Origin: Alphaproteobacteria bacterium
GTDB taxonomy: Bacteria; Pseudomonadota; Alphaproteobacteria; MPNO01; UBA830
DNA: 64,000 nucleotides
NCBI GenBank assembly: GCA_964291215.2
Contig: OZ219790.1
Coordinates: 448,001 to 512,000, forward strand
Reading direction: 5' to 3'
The position numbers and the translations under genes were made by a program. Below the pieces are notes generated by a model that worked only from the letters and a program-made list of their open reading frames with translations, searched no databases and had not been told where the DNA came from. Positions 63,113 to 64,000 of the stretch are shown here, one piece after another. Positions within the stretch are counted from its first letter, which is position 1. Every line of letters starts with the position of its first letter.

Positions 63113-63766
63113 CTAGTAGTCTGGCATTGTTGTATTGACGGATATAGTGACTTCAGTTTCGTCCGGGCATCCTTCGTCGTGAAACGCCAGTCGACAGTGA
63201 CATCGGCCGCATTGCGCCGTTCCACCCACACCACGGTCTCCCGCAGCATGGTGTCGCGGTCGGGAATGCGTCGCCGAAGGCACTGCCGCGACAGCGCACC
63301 GATCTCGGCCATGTTGAGCCAGCTTCCGTGCTTGGGCGTGTAGCGAAACTCGAACCGCTTTCGCACCCGCCTCCTCGGGCTCGAAGGCTTCATACAGCGA
63401 TGAGGGATTGTGCGTGTTCAGATTATCCAGCACGATCTTCCTGTCGGGGAAATGGTCGTCGGCAAACTCCCGGATGAAGTGTGCCCAGTCCCGCGGCGGT
63501 CGGTGACTTTCACCGTGCGCCAGTTCTCGTTGGGCGCAAAGGCCAGGAAGAGGTTGGCCTTACCGTTGCGCTCATATTCATAGTCGACCACCTCCGGCTG
63601 ACCGGGGGATGCGGGTTTCCTTCGTCTGCTGCCGGCTGGTCTCCAGCACCTCGTCCCTGGCAAAATCCCGCTGATAAATGTCAAGCACACCGCCGCCACG
63701 AACTGTGCGCTCCGGTGCGGTGGAATGCACCAGTACTGCTTCAGCCACGGCTCGATTTCTTTTTTT
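63113..63766 (-). mobile_element. Degenerate IS630-family element (3' half)
   Basis: DYEYERNG, LDNLNTH, YTPKHGSWLNMAEI, DWRFT..DAR.KL; CTAG/TA end. Confidence 0.9.
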
Positions 63767-64000
63767 GTAACTGCTCACTCCCTGGTTCCGGCTTGATGTC
63801 GGGGTAGAGTAACGAACGGGTTTTCGTGGAGATTTGACACTGCAGGCCGATTCGTTTAGTGGTGGTAATCGAGAACGACGGGGACCGCCAGTGGGCTACT
63901 TTGGATCGAAGGCGACGAGCGGGCTGTGCCAGCTGCTTCCGGGGCTCCGCATGATCTGTATGTGGAAACGCATCTCGGAGGCGGTGCGCTGATGAAGCGC
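63767..64000 (+). mobile_element. Left end of the IS66 variant with a methyltransferase 5' end (runs off the window)
   Basis: Near-identical to 35062-35300; GTG GGC TAC TTT GGA TCG AAG at 63891. Confidence 0.85.

Overview
High-GC bacterial DNA, probably an alphaproteobacterium judging by the rpiB-glyA-nrdR-ribD-ribE-ribB-ribH-nusB-thiL gene order. There are four zones. (1) 1-24.8 kb is a decaying, co-oriented (minus-strand) backbone of a conjugative element or plasmid: SLOG proteins, DUF4326, Toprim, methylase/strawberry-notch helicase, RadC-like JAB, GHKL ATPase, ParB, and a VWA/DUF3150-like/AAA trio. An intact RIT element (three tyrosine recombinases) is inserted in it, and its empty site can be rebuilt exactly. 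(2) 24.8-44.5 kb is a defence-island-like region broken up by insertion sequences: a split OLD-like ATPase-TOPRIM gene, a truncated restriction endonuclease, a truncated DUF4268 gene, intact hipBA, and IS4, IS66, IS110, IS256 and ISLre2-like elements. (3) 44.6-59.2 kb holds intact host genes: the riboflavin/glyA operon, a KamA-like radical SAM gene followed by LeuD/LeuC-like genes, an AhpD-like gene and a NitT/TauT ABC transporter. (4) 59.2-64 kb is a nested pile of IS1634, IS66, IS630 and IS66. Three observations stand out. Several unrelated IS carry putative DNA-modifying passengers: a Dam-like methyltransferase inside a fully delimited IS66, and DUF4338/DruA domains in both IS4 and IS66. 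Most IS copies are eroded by dense small deletions at microhomologies while host genes are clean; this could be biology or an assembly artefact. The RIT junction has a perfect palindrome with nested direct and inverted core sites. All family calls come from motif recognition by eye; no database was searched.
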